A DNA stretch of 64,000 bases from Mustelus asterias (taxonomy: Eukaryota), in the NCBI RefSeq assembly GCF_964213995.1, contig NW_027590890.1, positions 1-64,000 on the forward strand, given 5' to 3'. The position numbers and the translations under genes were made by a program. The notes under the pieces were generated by a model. The model was not told the DNA's origin and searched no databases. It saw only the letters and a list, made by a program, of their open reading frames with translations. Shown here in pieces: positions 24,236 through 36,729 of this stretch (the first letter of the stretch is position 1; the number at the start of each line of letters is the position of its first letter).

Positions 24236-24754
24236 GAGAGGTGAATGGGTGGGAGGAACTGAAAACAATTAGAAATCGTCAGGGAACGGATACTGAGAAA
24301 ATGATTAGAACTAAAGACAGACAATAAATAAACTGAACTTACACAGTCTGCCGGACTTGATCACCTTCATCCCAGGATGCTGAAAAAGAAGTGGCTGCCG
24401 AGATACAGATTCATTGGTTTTAATCTTCCAAAATCTCTCGATTCGGGAAAGGTTCCATCAGATTGGAAATGAGGGATTGTGACCCCTCGCCAAGAAAAGA
24501 TAGAGACGGAAAGCAGGAAACTACAGTTTAGCTAGCTTTAACATCTGTCACAGGGAGAAGACTAGAATCTATGATTGAGGAGGTTTTGGCAGAGTCAGCA
24601 TGATCTTGTGAAAGGGAAATCCTGTGTGACTGATCTATCAGAGTTTTTTGAGAAAGGATCAAGCAAGGTGGATTAAGGAGAACCTGTACATGTGGTGTTC
24701 TTGGATTTCCAAAAGGCAGTTGATAAGGTGCTGCATTGTTCTTTGTTCTTTGTT

Positions 24755-25770
24755 CACACTGGAGGCTGCTGAGTAAGATCAGAGCCCATGGTGTCGGAGG
24801 CAAGGTACCAGCATGGATAGAAGATTGGTTGAGTGGTAGAAGGCAGAGAGTGGGGATAAAGGGGTCTTTTTCAGGATGGCAGCCGGTGACTAGTGGAGTT
24901 GCGCAGGATCCACAAACTTTTTACTTTATATATCAATGATCTCGATGAAGGAATTGAGGGCATTGTGGCTAAGTTTACAAATGAGACAAAGATAGGTGGA
25001 GGGACAGGTAATATTGAAGAGGCGGAAGGACAGGTTAGGAGAGTGGGCAAAGAAGTTGCAGAGGGAATACAACGTGTGAGGTTATAAACTTTGGTGGGAA
25101 GAACAGAGGCATAGACTTTTTTCTAAATGGGGAGAGAATTCAGAAATCGGAATCGCAAAGGGACTTGGGAGTCTTAGTTCAGGATTCGCTCAAGGTTAAT
25201 TTGCAGGTTCAGTCTGAGGAAGGCAAATGCAATTCATTTCGATAGGACTAGAATGCAAAAGCAGGGGTGTACTGCTGAGGTTTTATAAATCAGATCACGT
25301 TTAGAATATTGCGAGAAACTTTGGGCCCCGTATCTAAGGAAAGATGTGCTGGCTTTAGAGGGTTCAGAGGAGGTTCACGAGAATGATGCCGGGAATGAAA
25401 AGCTGAATGTACGAGGAGAGTCTGAGGACTCTGGGTCAGTACTCGATGGAGTTTAGAAGGCTGAGGGGGGGGAATCTCATTGAAACTTACAGAATAATTA
25501 AAGACCTTGATAGAGTGGACGTGGGGAAGATGTTTCCATTAGTGGGAGAGACTAGTATCCGAAGGCACAGCCTCAGAGTAGAGGGACGACCCTTTAGAAC
25601 CGAGACGAGGAGGAATTTCTTCAGCCAGAGGATGGTGAATCTATGGAGTTCATTGCCACAGAAAGCTGTGGAGGCCGGGTCACTGAGTGCATTTAAGACA
25701 GAGACAGATAGGTTTTTGATTGGTAAAGAGATCAAAGGTTACTGGGAAAAGGCGGGAGAATGGAGTTGAG
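24755..25770 (+). mobile_element. CR1 ORF2 3' fragment; its 3' UTR resumes at ~26613-26755
   Basis: RT C-terminal motifs with frameshifts. Confidence 0.88.
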
Positions 25771-25778
25771 AAACTTAT

Positions 25779-26612
25779 AAAGAACAAAGAACAATACAGC
25801 ACAGGAACAGGCCCTTCGGCCCTCCAAGCCCGTGCCACTCCCTGGTCCAAACTAGACCATTCTTTTGTATCCCTCCATTCCCACTCCATTCATATGACTA
25901 TCTAGATAAGTCTTAAACGTTCCCAGTGTGTCCGCCTTCACCACCTTGCCTGGCAGCGCATTCCAGGCCCCCACCACCCTCTGTGTAAAATATGTCCTTC
26001 TGATATCTGTGTTAAACCTCCCCTCTTCACCTTGAACCTATGACCCCTCGTGAACGTCACCACCGACCTGGGGAAAAGCTTCCCACCGTTCACCCTATCT
26101 ATGCCTTTCATAATTTTATACACCTCTATTAAGTCTCCCCTCATCCTCCGTCTTTCCAGGGAGAACAACCCCAGTTTACCCAATCTCTCCTCATAACTAA
26201 GCCCCTCCATACCAGGCAACATCCTGGTAAACCTCCTCTCTACTCTCTCCAAACCCTCCACGTCCTTCTGGTAGTGTGGCGACCAGAACTGGACGCAGTA
26301 TTCCAAATGCGGCCGAACCAACGTTCTATACATCTGCAACATCAGACCCCAACTTTTATACTCTATGCCCCGTCCTATAAAGGCAAGCATGCCATATGCC
26401 TTCTTCACCACCTTCTCCACCTGTGACATCACCTTCAAGCATCTGTGGACTTGCACGCCCAGGTCCCTCTGCGTATCTACACCCTTTATGGTTCTGCCAT
26501 TTATCATATAGCTCCCCCCTACATTATTTCTACCAAAATGCATCACTTCGCATTTATCTGGATTGAACTCCATCTGCCATTTCTTTGCCCAAATTTCCAG
26601 CCTATCCATATC
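25779..26612 (-). mobile_element. 5'-truncated CR1 inserted in the 3' UTR of the previous CR1
   Basis: ORF 25938-26660 (WQMEFNPDKC...RPHLEYCVQFWSP) and a (TTCTTTG)n tail. Same subfamily as 28150-30968. Confidence 0.92.
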
Positions 26613-26837
26613 CTTCTGTCGCCTCTGACAATGCTCCTCACTATCTGCAAGTCCTGCCAATTTTGTGTCGTCATGATATCAGCCATGATGGCATGCTGGA
26701 GCAGTCTCAATGGGCAAAATTACCTAATTCTGCTCCTATATCCTATGGTCTTATAGAGGGCAGTGGAGGTAGGGTCATGGAGTACTTTAATTTTGGAGTT
26801 AAACAGATTTTTATTGATAAGGAAGTCAAAGGGTATT

Positions 26838-27375
26838 AGAAACATAGAAAAACTACAGCACAAACAGGCCCTTCGGCCCCACAAGTTGTGCCGAACATAT
26901 CCCTACCTTTTAGGCCTACCTATAACCCTCCATCCTATTAAGTCCCATGTACTCATCCAGGAGTCTCTTAAAAGACCCTATTGAGTTCGCCTCCACCACC
27001 ACTGACGGCAGCCGATTCCACTCGCCCACCACCTTCTGTGTGAAAAACTTGCCCCTAACATTTCCCCTGTACCTACCCCCCAGCACCTTAAACCTGTGTC
27101 CTCTCGTAGCAGCCATTTCCACCCTGGGAAAAAGCCTCTGAGAGTCCACCCGATCTATGCCTCTCAACATCTTATATACCTCTATTAGGTCTCCTCTCAT
27201 CCTAGAGAAAAGACCGAGCTCCCTCAGCCTATCCTCATAAGGCATGCCACTCAATCCAGGCAACATCCTTGTAAATCTCCTCTGCACCCTTTCAATCTTT
27301 TCCACATCCTTCCTGTAATGTGGCGACCAGAACTGAGCACAGTACTCCAAGTGGGGTCTGATGAGTGTCTTATAT
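26838..27375 (-). mobile_element. 5'-truncated CR1
   Basis: ORF 26916-27440 motifs. Confidence 0.9.
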
Positions 27376-28149
27376 TGAGGGCGGGTAGTCAAAAGAACAA
27401 AGAACAATACAGCACAGGAACAGGCCCTTCGGCCCTCCAAGCCCGCGCCGCTCCCCGGTCCAGGATTGAATCCTGAATCCAGGATCCCCGCCCAATTTTC
27501 CAGCCTATCTACATACCAATATCCTATCCACCGAGCTGTCCCTCACAGCTACGATGCTTTGTTCATTACAACCTATTAACTCACCCCCACCCCCCTATTC
27601 CAGACCATGTGATCCCCAGGGAGAGGCGAAAACCCAGAGTGAAAAACCCCAGGGCCAATATGGGGAAAAAAAAAATCTGGGAAATTCCTCTCCGACCCCC
27701 TGAGGCGATCGAAACGAGTGAGAAAAAATTGTGAGAAAACAGGAAAATAAAATTGAGGCCACTGTCAAGTCCGCCATTAAGTGGTCAAATGGTGATGCAG
27801 GGTTGAGGAGCTGAATGGCCTACTCCTGTTCCGAATTTCTAAGTTCCTGTGTCTTGGATTAGCAGAACAAACTGGACACAGTACTCAATGTTTGGTCTGA
27901 CCCATGCTCCACTTACATTTCAGCAAGATTTCTTTCCTCTTATTCTCCGAGCAAATTGCAATGGAGGCCAACATCCCATTTACCTTGCTGGCTGTTTGCA
28001 GTACCTGGATGTTAACTTGGTGATTGGTGTACAAATCCCTCCAAATGTCATTCATTGGCCTCTCAGCTTTTCCATTCTTCCAAACCATTTCCCACATTGT
28101 ACTCCATCTGCCACCATTATTTCCTGATGTGGAGATGCTGGCGTTGGAC

Positions 28150-30968
28150 AGACGAACTTAGGGCCTTAATGCTCACGAGGAATTTGGATGTGGTTGCGGT
28201 GACAGAGACTTGGTTGAAGGAGGGACAGGACTGGCAGCTGAATATTCCGGGGTACAAGTGTTTTAGGCGAGACAGAGGAGGGGCCAAAAGGGGGTGGGGG
28301 AGTAGCAGTATTAGTTGGAGAGCATATTACAGCGGTGCAGAGGGAGGGCAATTCAGAGGGGTTGTGTAACGAGTCACTCTGGGTGGAGCTTAGAAACAGG
28401 AAGGGCGCAGTCACTATGTTGGGGGTATACTACAGGCCCCCCAACAGCCCAAGGGAAGTGGAAGAACGGATATGTCAGGAGATACTGGATAGGTGCAGGA
28501 AAAATAGGGTTGTTGTAGTGGGAGACTTCAATTTCCCTGGTATAGACTGGAAATCGCTGAGAGCTGGGACTCTGAATGGGGAGGAATTTGTAAAATGCGT
28601 ACAGGAGGGTTCTTTGGAACAATATGTAGATAGCCCGACTAGAGAGGGGGCTATACTGGACCTAGTACTGGGGAATGAGCCCGGTCAGGTCTTCAAAGTT
28701 TTGGTTGGGGAACATGTGGCAAATAGTGACCACAATTCTGTTAGCTTTAGGATAGTGAAGGAAAAGGATGAGTGGTGTCCCAAGGGTAAGGTGTTGGATT
28801 GGGGGAAGGCTAACTTTAGTGGGATTAGGCAGAAATTGGCAGCTCTTGATTGGGAGAGGCTGTTTGAGGGTAAATCCACATCTGGCATGTGGGAGTCTTT
28901 TAAGGAACAGTTGTTAGGGCTACAGGACAGGCATGTGCCTGTAAAAAAGGATAGGAAGGGTAGGATTCGAGAACCGTGGATAACCAGGGAAATTGAGGGA
29001 CTGGTCAAAAAGAAAAGAGAGGCGTATGTTAGGTCCAGGCAGCTAAAAACGGAGGGAGCTCTGGAGGAGTACAAAGAAAGTAGGAAAGAACTCAATGAAC
29101 GGGGAATTAGAAGGGCAAAAAGGGGTCATGAAATGTCCTTGGCAGACAGGATTAAGGACAATCCCAAGGCATTTTATTCATACGTTAGGAACAAAAGGGT
29201 TGTCAGGGAAAAAATCGGACCTCTCAGTGACAAAAGTGGGAAATTATGCTTGGAGCCCAAAGAAGTAGGGGAGATCCTAAATGAATACTTTGCGTCGGTA
29301 TTCACAAAGGAGAGGGACGTGTTGACTGGGAGTGTCTCGGAGGGGAGTGTTGAACCGTTGGAGAAAATCTCCATTACAAGGGAGGAAGTGTTAGGTTTGT
29401 TAGAGAATATAAAGACTGACAAATCCCCAGGGCCTGATAGAATCTATCCAAGGCTGCTCAGGGAGATGAGAGATGAAATCGCTGGGCCTCTGACGCAAAT
29501 CTTTGTCTCGTCACTGGATGCAGGTGAGGTCCCAGAGGATTGGAGGATAGCTAATGTGGTCCCGTTATTTAAGAAGGGTAGGAAGGATAACCTGGGTAAT
29601 GATGGGCCGGTGAGCTTGACGTCCGTGTTCGGGAAGTTGTTGGGAGAAGATTCTTAGAGATAGGATGTATGCGCATTTAGAAAGGAATAAACTCAATAAC
29701 GATAGTCAGCTTGGTTTTGTGAGAGGGAGGTCATGCCTCACTAACCTGGTGGAGTTTTTTGAAGAAGTGACCAGAATGGTTGATGAGGTAAGGGCCGTGG
29801 GTGTCGTCTATATGGACTTTAGTAAAGCGTTTGACAAAGTCCCTCATGGTAGGCTGGTGAAAAAGGTTGGATCTCATGGGATAAAGGGGGAGGTGGCTAG
29901 ATGGGTGGAGAACTGGCTTGGTCACAGAAGACAGAGGGTGGTAGTGGAAGGGTCTTTTTCCGGCTGCAGGCCTGTGACTAGTGGTGTTCCGCAGGGCTCT
30001 GTATTGGGATCTCTGCTGTTTGTGATTTATATCAACAATCTGGAAGAAGGTGTAACTGGGGTGATCAGTAAGTTTGCGGACGACACAAAATTGGCAGGAC
30101 TTGCAGATAGTGAGGAGCATTGTCAGAAGCTACAGAAGGATATAGGTAGGCTGGAAATTTGGGCAAAGAAATGGCAGATGGAGTTCAATCCTGATATATG
30201 CGAAGTGATGCATTTTGGTAGAAATAATGTAGCGAGGAGCTATACGATAAATGGCAGAACCATAAAGGGTGTAGATACGCAGAGGGACCTGGGTGTGCAA
30301 GTCCAAAGGTCCTTGAAGGTGACGTCACAGGTGGAGAAGGTGGTGAAGAAGGCATATGGCATGCTTGCCTTTATAGGATGGGGTATAGAGTATAAAAGTT
30401 GGGGTCTGATGTTGCAGATGTATAGAACGTTGGTTCGGCCGCATTTGGAGTACTGCGTCCAGTTCTGGTCACCACACTACCAGAAGGACGTGGAGGCTTT
30501 GGAGAGAGTACAGAGGAGGTTTACCAGGATGTTGCCTGGTATGGAGGGGCTTAGTTATGAGGAGAGATTGGGTAAACTGGGGTTGTTCTCCCTGGAAAGA
30601 CGGAGGATGAGGGGAGACTTAATAGAGGTGTATAAAATTATGAAAGGCATAGATAGGGTGAATAGTGGGAAGCTTTTCCCCAGGTCGGTGGTGACGTTCA
30701 CGAGGGGTCATAGGTTCAAGGTGAAGGGGGGGAGGTTTAACACAGATATCAGAAGGACATGTTTTACACAGAGGGTGGTGGGGGCCTGGAATGCGCTGCC
30801 AGGCAAGGTGGTGGAGGAGGACACACTGGGAAAGACTTATCTAGATAGCCATATGAACGGAGTGGGAATGGAGGGATACAAAAGAATGGTCTAGTTTGGA
30901 CCAGGGAGCGGCACGGGCTTGGAGGGCCGAAGGGCCTGTTCCTGTGCTGTATTGTCCTTTGTTCTTTG
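28150..30968 (+). mobile_element. CR1 LINE with near-complete ORF2 (APE endonuclease + RT), frameshifted near 29650
   Basis: VTETWL, YYRPP, GDFN, SDHN, PQGSVLG and FADD motifs. Confidence 0.95.
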
Positions 30969-31203
30969 GACTGCTGTGGGAGATCCTCTCCACTTTGAGC
31001 CGGCGCTGTGCAGTATCGGTGGCACACACCAGTCCGACGGCTACCACCGACACCGCAAACCGCTGGCTCAAAGCGGAGAGGATCTCCAAGAAGGTTGTGC
31101 ATATCGCCACTCACCTGATGAAGGAGCAGCACTCCGAAAGCTCGTGATTCCAAATAAACCTGTTGGACTTTAACCTGCTGTTGTGTGACTTCTTACTGTG
31201 CCC
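30969..31203 (+). mobile_element. Rearranged Penelope-like terminal remnant
   Basis: 31105-31200 matches the PLE terminus at 63792-63888. Confidence 0.8.
31111..31147 (+). ncRNA. Minimal type I hammerhead ribozyme (PLE-associated)
   Basis: UCAC-CUGAUGA-A-GGAG(cagca)CUCC-GAAA-GCUC-GUGA. Stem I is UCAC/GUGA. Confidence 0.75.
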
Positions 31204-31390
31204 GTTATTTCCCGATTATTGAACTGGTCAAGATCTGTTTGCAGCCTCGGTGTCCTCCTCACAGCTTACTCTCCCACCCAACTTTCTATCGCCAGTAAAC
31301 TTGGACACATCGCACTCTCTCCCCTGATCAAAGACTGCCCCCCAATTTGTGAATGGGGGAGGCTCTTATAAAACTCAGCAATCTCTAAGG

Positions 31391-31686
31391 CAGTGGTTCC
31401 CAAACGTTTTTCACTGGGCCGCACTTTCGCAATAAAAATTTGCTCGTGCAACACCGAATTTTTTATTGATAAGAAATACATTCCAAAACAAAAAAAAACA
31501 ACTCCGAGCAGTGCTTGATTCATAACATAGAACACAACTAATTTATAATATCATGGGACATCCAGAAAGTATAAAACAATCACTTTGGAAAAATATCTAA
31601 TCCATGTTTAAATGTTTCTTTGATTATCCTTGAATCTTCCCGCCGCACTTGCCACCCTCTCTCGCCGCACCCTTTGGGAACCACTG
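31391..31686. mobile_element. hAT/Charlie-like MITE
   Basis: TIRs CAGTGGTTCCCAAA...TTTGGGAACCACTG. Imperfect 8-bp flanks CTCTAAGG/CTCTTAAG. Confidence 0.82.
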
Positions 31687-32398
31687 CTCTTAAGTGTTTG
31701 TTGAATAATTGTTCTGTATGTCTCACTCACCATCTTTGTTGTATTGTGTGTGTGAAATAAATTAAATCATTCAAAATTCACAGGGTGATGTGTGTTTTTG
31801 TACAGATTTGGGAATCATGACTTCTGATCAGTGACCTCATTGACAATGAGGTACTTAGGAATTTTCTAGGGCAGTTGAAGAAAGGGCAGATGAAGTGGGG
31901 CAAAGCATTAATCTTCACCCCCATTGCAGGGGTGGTGGTCCCCACAGTGGAATTGACCAGAATGGGCACCAGAGAGCAGCTGGTGACCCAGAGTGTTAAG
32001 GTGGTGAAAGCCTGAACCCTCTTAATCCCACAAAGCTGCCATAGTGAACCCACCAAATACAGCTGTACTGGGGAACCCTTAAATATAGTGGACTGTTTGT
32101 TGCAGGTCTTCCTTGATGTCCTGCCTGTTACTGTATTTATTACTTTGTTCCATTTAAGTATCCAGACAAAGTCACAGAGTAGTTCAAAATGATTTATTCT
32201 TAAATTATAGGACTCTGAAAGGTCAGCAAGGCCAGTCAGAATACAGATTTCAGGAATACAGAAGCAGATATAGTTTCAAATTCAATTACAAATAATTAAC
32301 ATATACCAATCAAGGTATAGGAGTTATCTCTATCCACTCACAGCTATTGATTAAGGTTACATCATGCGTAAAATACAGATATCAAAACTAATCACAAT

Positions 32399-33598
32399 GG
32401 GGAGAATTTTACCATTTTGAGTCTAAGTGCCGAATCCGGGCATCAAATAGATCCGCGCCTGGAATCCTCTTTGCAGCGCGCCCATACGCGTTTTGCCGGC
32501 TCCGGCCCAATCCGTGCCATGTCCGGGCCTTAGCGCTGCCGGACAGTTCGAAAAAAATCTGACAGAGCGCGCCCGGGCTCAAAAAAAAGCAGAAAGAGCG
32601 GCTCTCTGACGTTCATCCTCTGGTCGGGGGGGGAGGGGAGGGGGTGTGACCGATCATTCCCTGGGGGGAGTGGGAGGGGAGGGGGTGTGACCGATCATCC
32701 CCTGGGGGGGGGGGGAGAGAGGGGGTGTGATGTCTCATCCTCTGGTCGGGAGGGGGGTGTCGGCTGCCAGTCTGCGGCCAATGCCTCCTGCCGGAGTGGA
32801 CGTGCGGCCATGCCATCCCACGAAACCTTCAGGATGAAGCAATTCCTCGCGAAGAAGATGAAGCAGAACCGGCCGATTCCACCGTGTAAAGGGATACACC
32901 ATCACTGGTACACTACCAGCCACAGCCATCTCTCCCGCTCTCTTGCCCCTGCAGGGAAGAGTAATCTGTGGCTGGTAGTGTACCAGTGATGGTGCCAGGA
33001 GGCATCGGCCACAGACTGGCAGCCGACCCCCACCGCCCCCCCCCCCCACCACCCCGACCAGAGGATGATACATCACACCCCATCCCCCCCCCCCCCTGGG
33101 GTGATACGTCACACCCCCTCTCCTCCCCCCCCACTCCGACCAGGGGATGAGACGTCACACCCCCTCTCCTCCCCCCCCACTCCGACCAGGGGATGAGACG
33201 TCACACCCCCTCTCCTCCTCCTCCCACCCCCCTCCCGCCCCGACCAGAGGATGACCTGGGTCAGAGAGTCGTTGCAGTCTCTGACCCCGCTCTTCGGAAG
33301 CTGCAGCAGCGACTTCAGACTTTTATTTTGCAGGTCGGTTACAGCCCGGACGCGGATCGGGCCGGAAGACGGTAAAGTGGGATTTGGCGGTAGAGTTGGG
33401 CGCGCGGTTCATTAAGTCGATTTAAATATATGCAAATGCATTTAAATCGTCGGGCCGCCCGATTCGGGTGTGGGCCGGACCCATGCCCGAATCGGGTGTC
33501 GGAAAGGTGCGATCTGCTCGTATTCAGGTGCAGATCGCGTTAAAGGCCCGACGCCCAACTTTACCATGATTTCGCGCCCGTTTGGTAAAATCAGGCCC
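32399..33598. mobile_element. GC-rich palindromic non-autonomous DNA transposon (PIF/Harbinger-like)
   Basis: Termini GGGGAGAATTTTACC / GGTAAAATCAGGCCC, 3-bp TSD AAT/AAT and long internal inverted repeats. Confidence 0.65.
32810..32884 (+). pseudogene. rpl39: 60S ribosomal protein L39 N-terminal fragment inside the transposon
   Basis: MPSHETFRMKQFLAKKMKQNRPIP versus RPL39 [24 protein letters not shown] (recalled sequence). Confidence 0.85.
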
Positions 33599-34642
33599 AA
33601 TCATTGCATTCCTGCTTAATTATAATATCCAATCAGTGTGAAGACTTAAATCATGTCAGCTGACCGAACTCATCATTGATGCCAAGTTATCATTGATGTC
33701 CGAGTTTGTGTCTGTGTTTATGGATATCACTCCCTCCTCCCATGTCCAGATGTCTGATTTAATGAATTCTCTCAGACTAAAGTCCTTTACGTTTATCTGT
33801 GTTGGCTTCTATAAAGATTTCTGTTTCTCTTATAGCAGCTTATGTGACTTTTAAACTTGAGTGATTATTAACCCTTTTACCGATGAAAGGAAAGATCATG
33901 AAAAGCAGATAACCTTAATACAAACTTTATACAACACAAAATATGATTTAGAGAATCACTAGTAGATTATTTCATTTGTTGTATGTAAAGTAATGGCAGT
34001 CTTTGGCAGGAATATATTTCTCAAAAATACTGTAGTGAGTTTGAATATTTTGGTCTGATTCAATTTAAACCATGTCATTTGTCTGAACACAATATTTTCA
34101 AGTTACTTTTTGTAGTAAATTTCAGTGTAAACTCAGGTGGCACAGACTTTCCCCACCCCAAAAACAAACACTAGCAGACAGAAGACCGTAATAGTTCAGT
34201 TTTTACTCTTGGGCTTTATGTTGCTGATTGACAATCCAACCACATTATTATTCAGCTATTATAATTATCCTTTTATTAAAGAAAGGAGCAGAAATATGTT
34301 CTCAACTTTTAAAATGATAACTTTGTACACTTTCCACCTCATCCTCCAGTGTCTAATAGAGGGTACGTAAAGATTGACAGCGAATGGAGCTCCGGCAGCA
34401 TCACCCACACTGAGAACAAGTTAATAAATTCATCGGAAACTACCTGATGTTCCCACTCATCAATGGGATATTTTGGAAGTTACCATCTCACACAGCAAGT
34501 GACCAATCGACACAGCTGACTCGGCAGCCTATCAGAATCCAGTGTTTCACTTCACTGACACACTAGGAAGCTTTTATTGAAACAAATTTTATTTCAACAA
34601 TACATTTAAAATATAACAAAAATAATTAGCTTCACTTTTGGA

Positions 34643-34982
34643 AACATAGAAACCCTACAGTGCAGAAAGAGGCCATTTGGCCCATCGAGTCTGCACCGAC
34701 CACAATCCCACCCAGGCCTTACCCCCATATCCCGACATATTTACCCGCTAATCCCTCTAACCGACGCATCTCAAGACACTAAGGGGCAATTTAGCATGGC
34801 CAATCAACCTAACTCGCACATCTTTGGACTGTGGGAGGAAACCGGAGCGCCCGGAAGAAACCCACGCAGAGACGGGGAGAATGTGCAAACTCCGCACAGA
34901 CAGTGACCCAAGCCGGGAATGGAACCCAGGTCCCTGGAGCTGTGAAGCAGCAGTGCTAACCACTGTGCTACCGTGCCGCCCA
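34643..34982 (-). mobile_element. HE1-like SINE
   Basis: Full head and tail. Confidence 0.9.
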
Positions 34983-35064
34983 TATTACCAAATGAAAATA
35001 CTTAATCATGACAAGATACAATTCTTAACTGCTAACTTAGCTCTATTAGTTCATATTTTTAAGT

Positions 35065-35650
35065 ACTGTTGCAACTATACAAGGCCTTGGTGAGACTGCA
35101 CCTGGAGTACTGTGCACAGTTGTGGTCCCCTTATTTGAGAAAAGATGTGGCATTGGAAGCAGTTCAGAGGAGGTTCACTAGATTGATTCCAGAGATGAGG
35201 GATTTGTCGTATGAAGAGAGATTGAACAGTTTAGGCCTGTACTCTCTGGAATTTAGAAGAATGAGGGGAGATCAAATTGAGGTTTACAAGATGATAAAAG
35301 GTATGGATAAAGTAGACGTGGAGCGGATGCTTCCTCTTGTGGGGCATTCTAGGACAAGAGGTCATCGTCTTAGGATAAGGGGCAGCAAATTTAAAACAGA
35401 GTTGAGGAGAAACTATTTCTCCCAAAGGGTTGTGAATCTGTGGAACTTACCACCCCAACGTGCAGTAGATCTGGGACAGTGAGCAAAATTTAAGGAGGAG
35501 TTAGACAGATTTTTAATTGGTAATGGGTTGAAGGGTTATGGGGAGAAGGCAGGAAAATGGGGACGAGGAGCATAGCAGCCATGATCGAATGGCAGAGCAG
35601 ATGCAATGGGCCGAATGGCCTAATTCTGCTCCTATATCTTATGAACTTTT
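35065..35650 (+). mobile_element. CR1 3' fragment
   Basis: ORF 35069-35482 plus 3' UTR. Confidence 0.9.
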
Positions 35651-36729
35651 GAAATTTAAGCAATATTCCTCAGAGGCACAAACCCCTCTTCAAAATCAGT
35701 TCGCAAACAATAGGCCTATGTTCTGGTGCATGGGCTGCCAGACTTCAAGCCTCCAGAACACCTCTGGGGAGAGATATCTATTTTCTAGCAGGTCTCAAAC
35801 TATAGTCACCAGAGAGGGAGAGTCCCCTTGCAGACCCAAGTGTAAGTGTAGCTCCTCCCATTAACTCATGACTCAGCCTGTCAATCAACCTAATTAAACC
35901 CTACTCTAAAACCCCTGGGGACAACCCAAACAATCAACCGAATTGTATCAGCTCAGCTAAATCATATACCCAAATATCTAGGATCAATTATCCTTCTACA
36001 TTCCCAGCATGTGGACTGTCTGGAACAGACAGATTGATACTGATTCAACAAAGTAGGTCTTAATCATACCCTTCCACAAGAACCATGATACAAATACATT
36101 TCTTAAAGGCACAGTATCGTCACAAATTGAACACATACTTTGGTTCACTCTTCACAAAAGAATGCACAAATAACCTCCCAGAGACGTTAGGGAACCAAGA
36201 GGGTGGAATTGAAGGAAATCAGTATTTGTAAGAAAATGGCTAAATTAATGGGGTTCAAGCCTGACAATCAGCAGGGCCTGATGATCTACATCCCAGAGTA
36301 TTAAAGGAAGTGGCCCTCGAAATACTGGATGCATTGGTGGTCACCTGTGAAAATTCGATGAACTCTGGAACAGTTCCTACAGATTGGAGGGTGGAAGAAG
36401 TAATCCATGTTGACTGAGATCCTCGAATGACAAGACACAACACCATTGAATCAAATCACTTCTTAATTAAATATAAAATCACGACTACACCCTGTTTAAA
36501 ACACACAAATGATTCTACCTTCCTCTGCTACCACTACAAATTCCTCAGCATAGGTTTAAACGAACAATACTAATCTAGTGACTTCCAGTGAAGTTGTGGA
36601 GATGTCATTGCCTAATCGTACTGGCCAGGCATGAATGGAGACCAAACTCCCTCTTGAAGCTGAAAGCTTGAGGCTCCCTTCCACAATGGTTCTTCCTGAA
36701 GGTTATCACGGCACGGTGGCACAGTGGAA

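Larger units (their letters stand above)
22695..24730. repeat. Segmental duplication copy B
   Basis: See copy A. The ORF track shows the same paired pseudo-ORFs in both copies. Confidence 0.95.

Noticed and set aside
31778-32056. Possible extra TM or env-like exon (92-aa ORF)
   Set aside because: No convincing splice sites or recognisable motif; cannot support.
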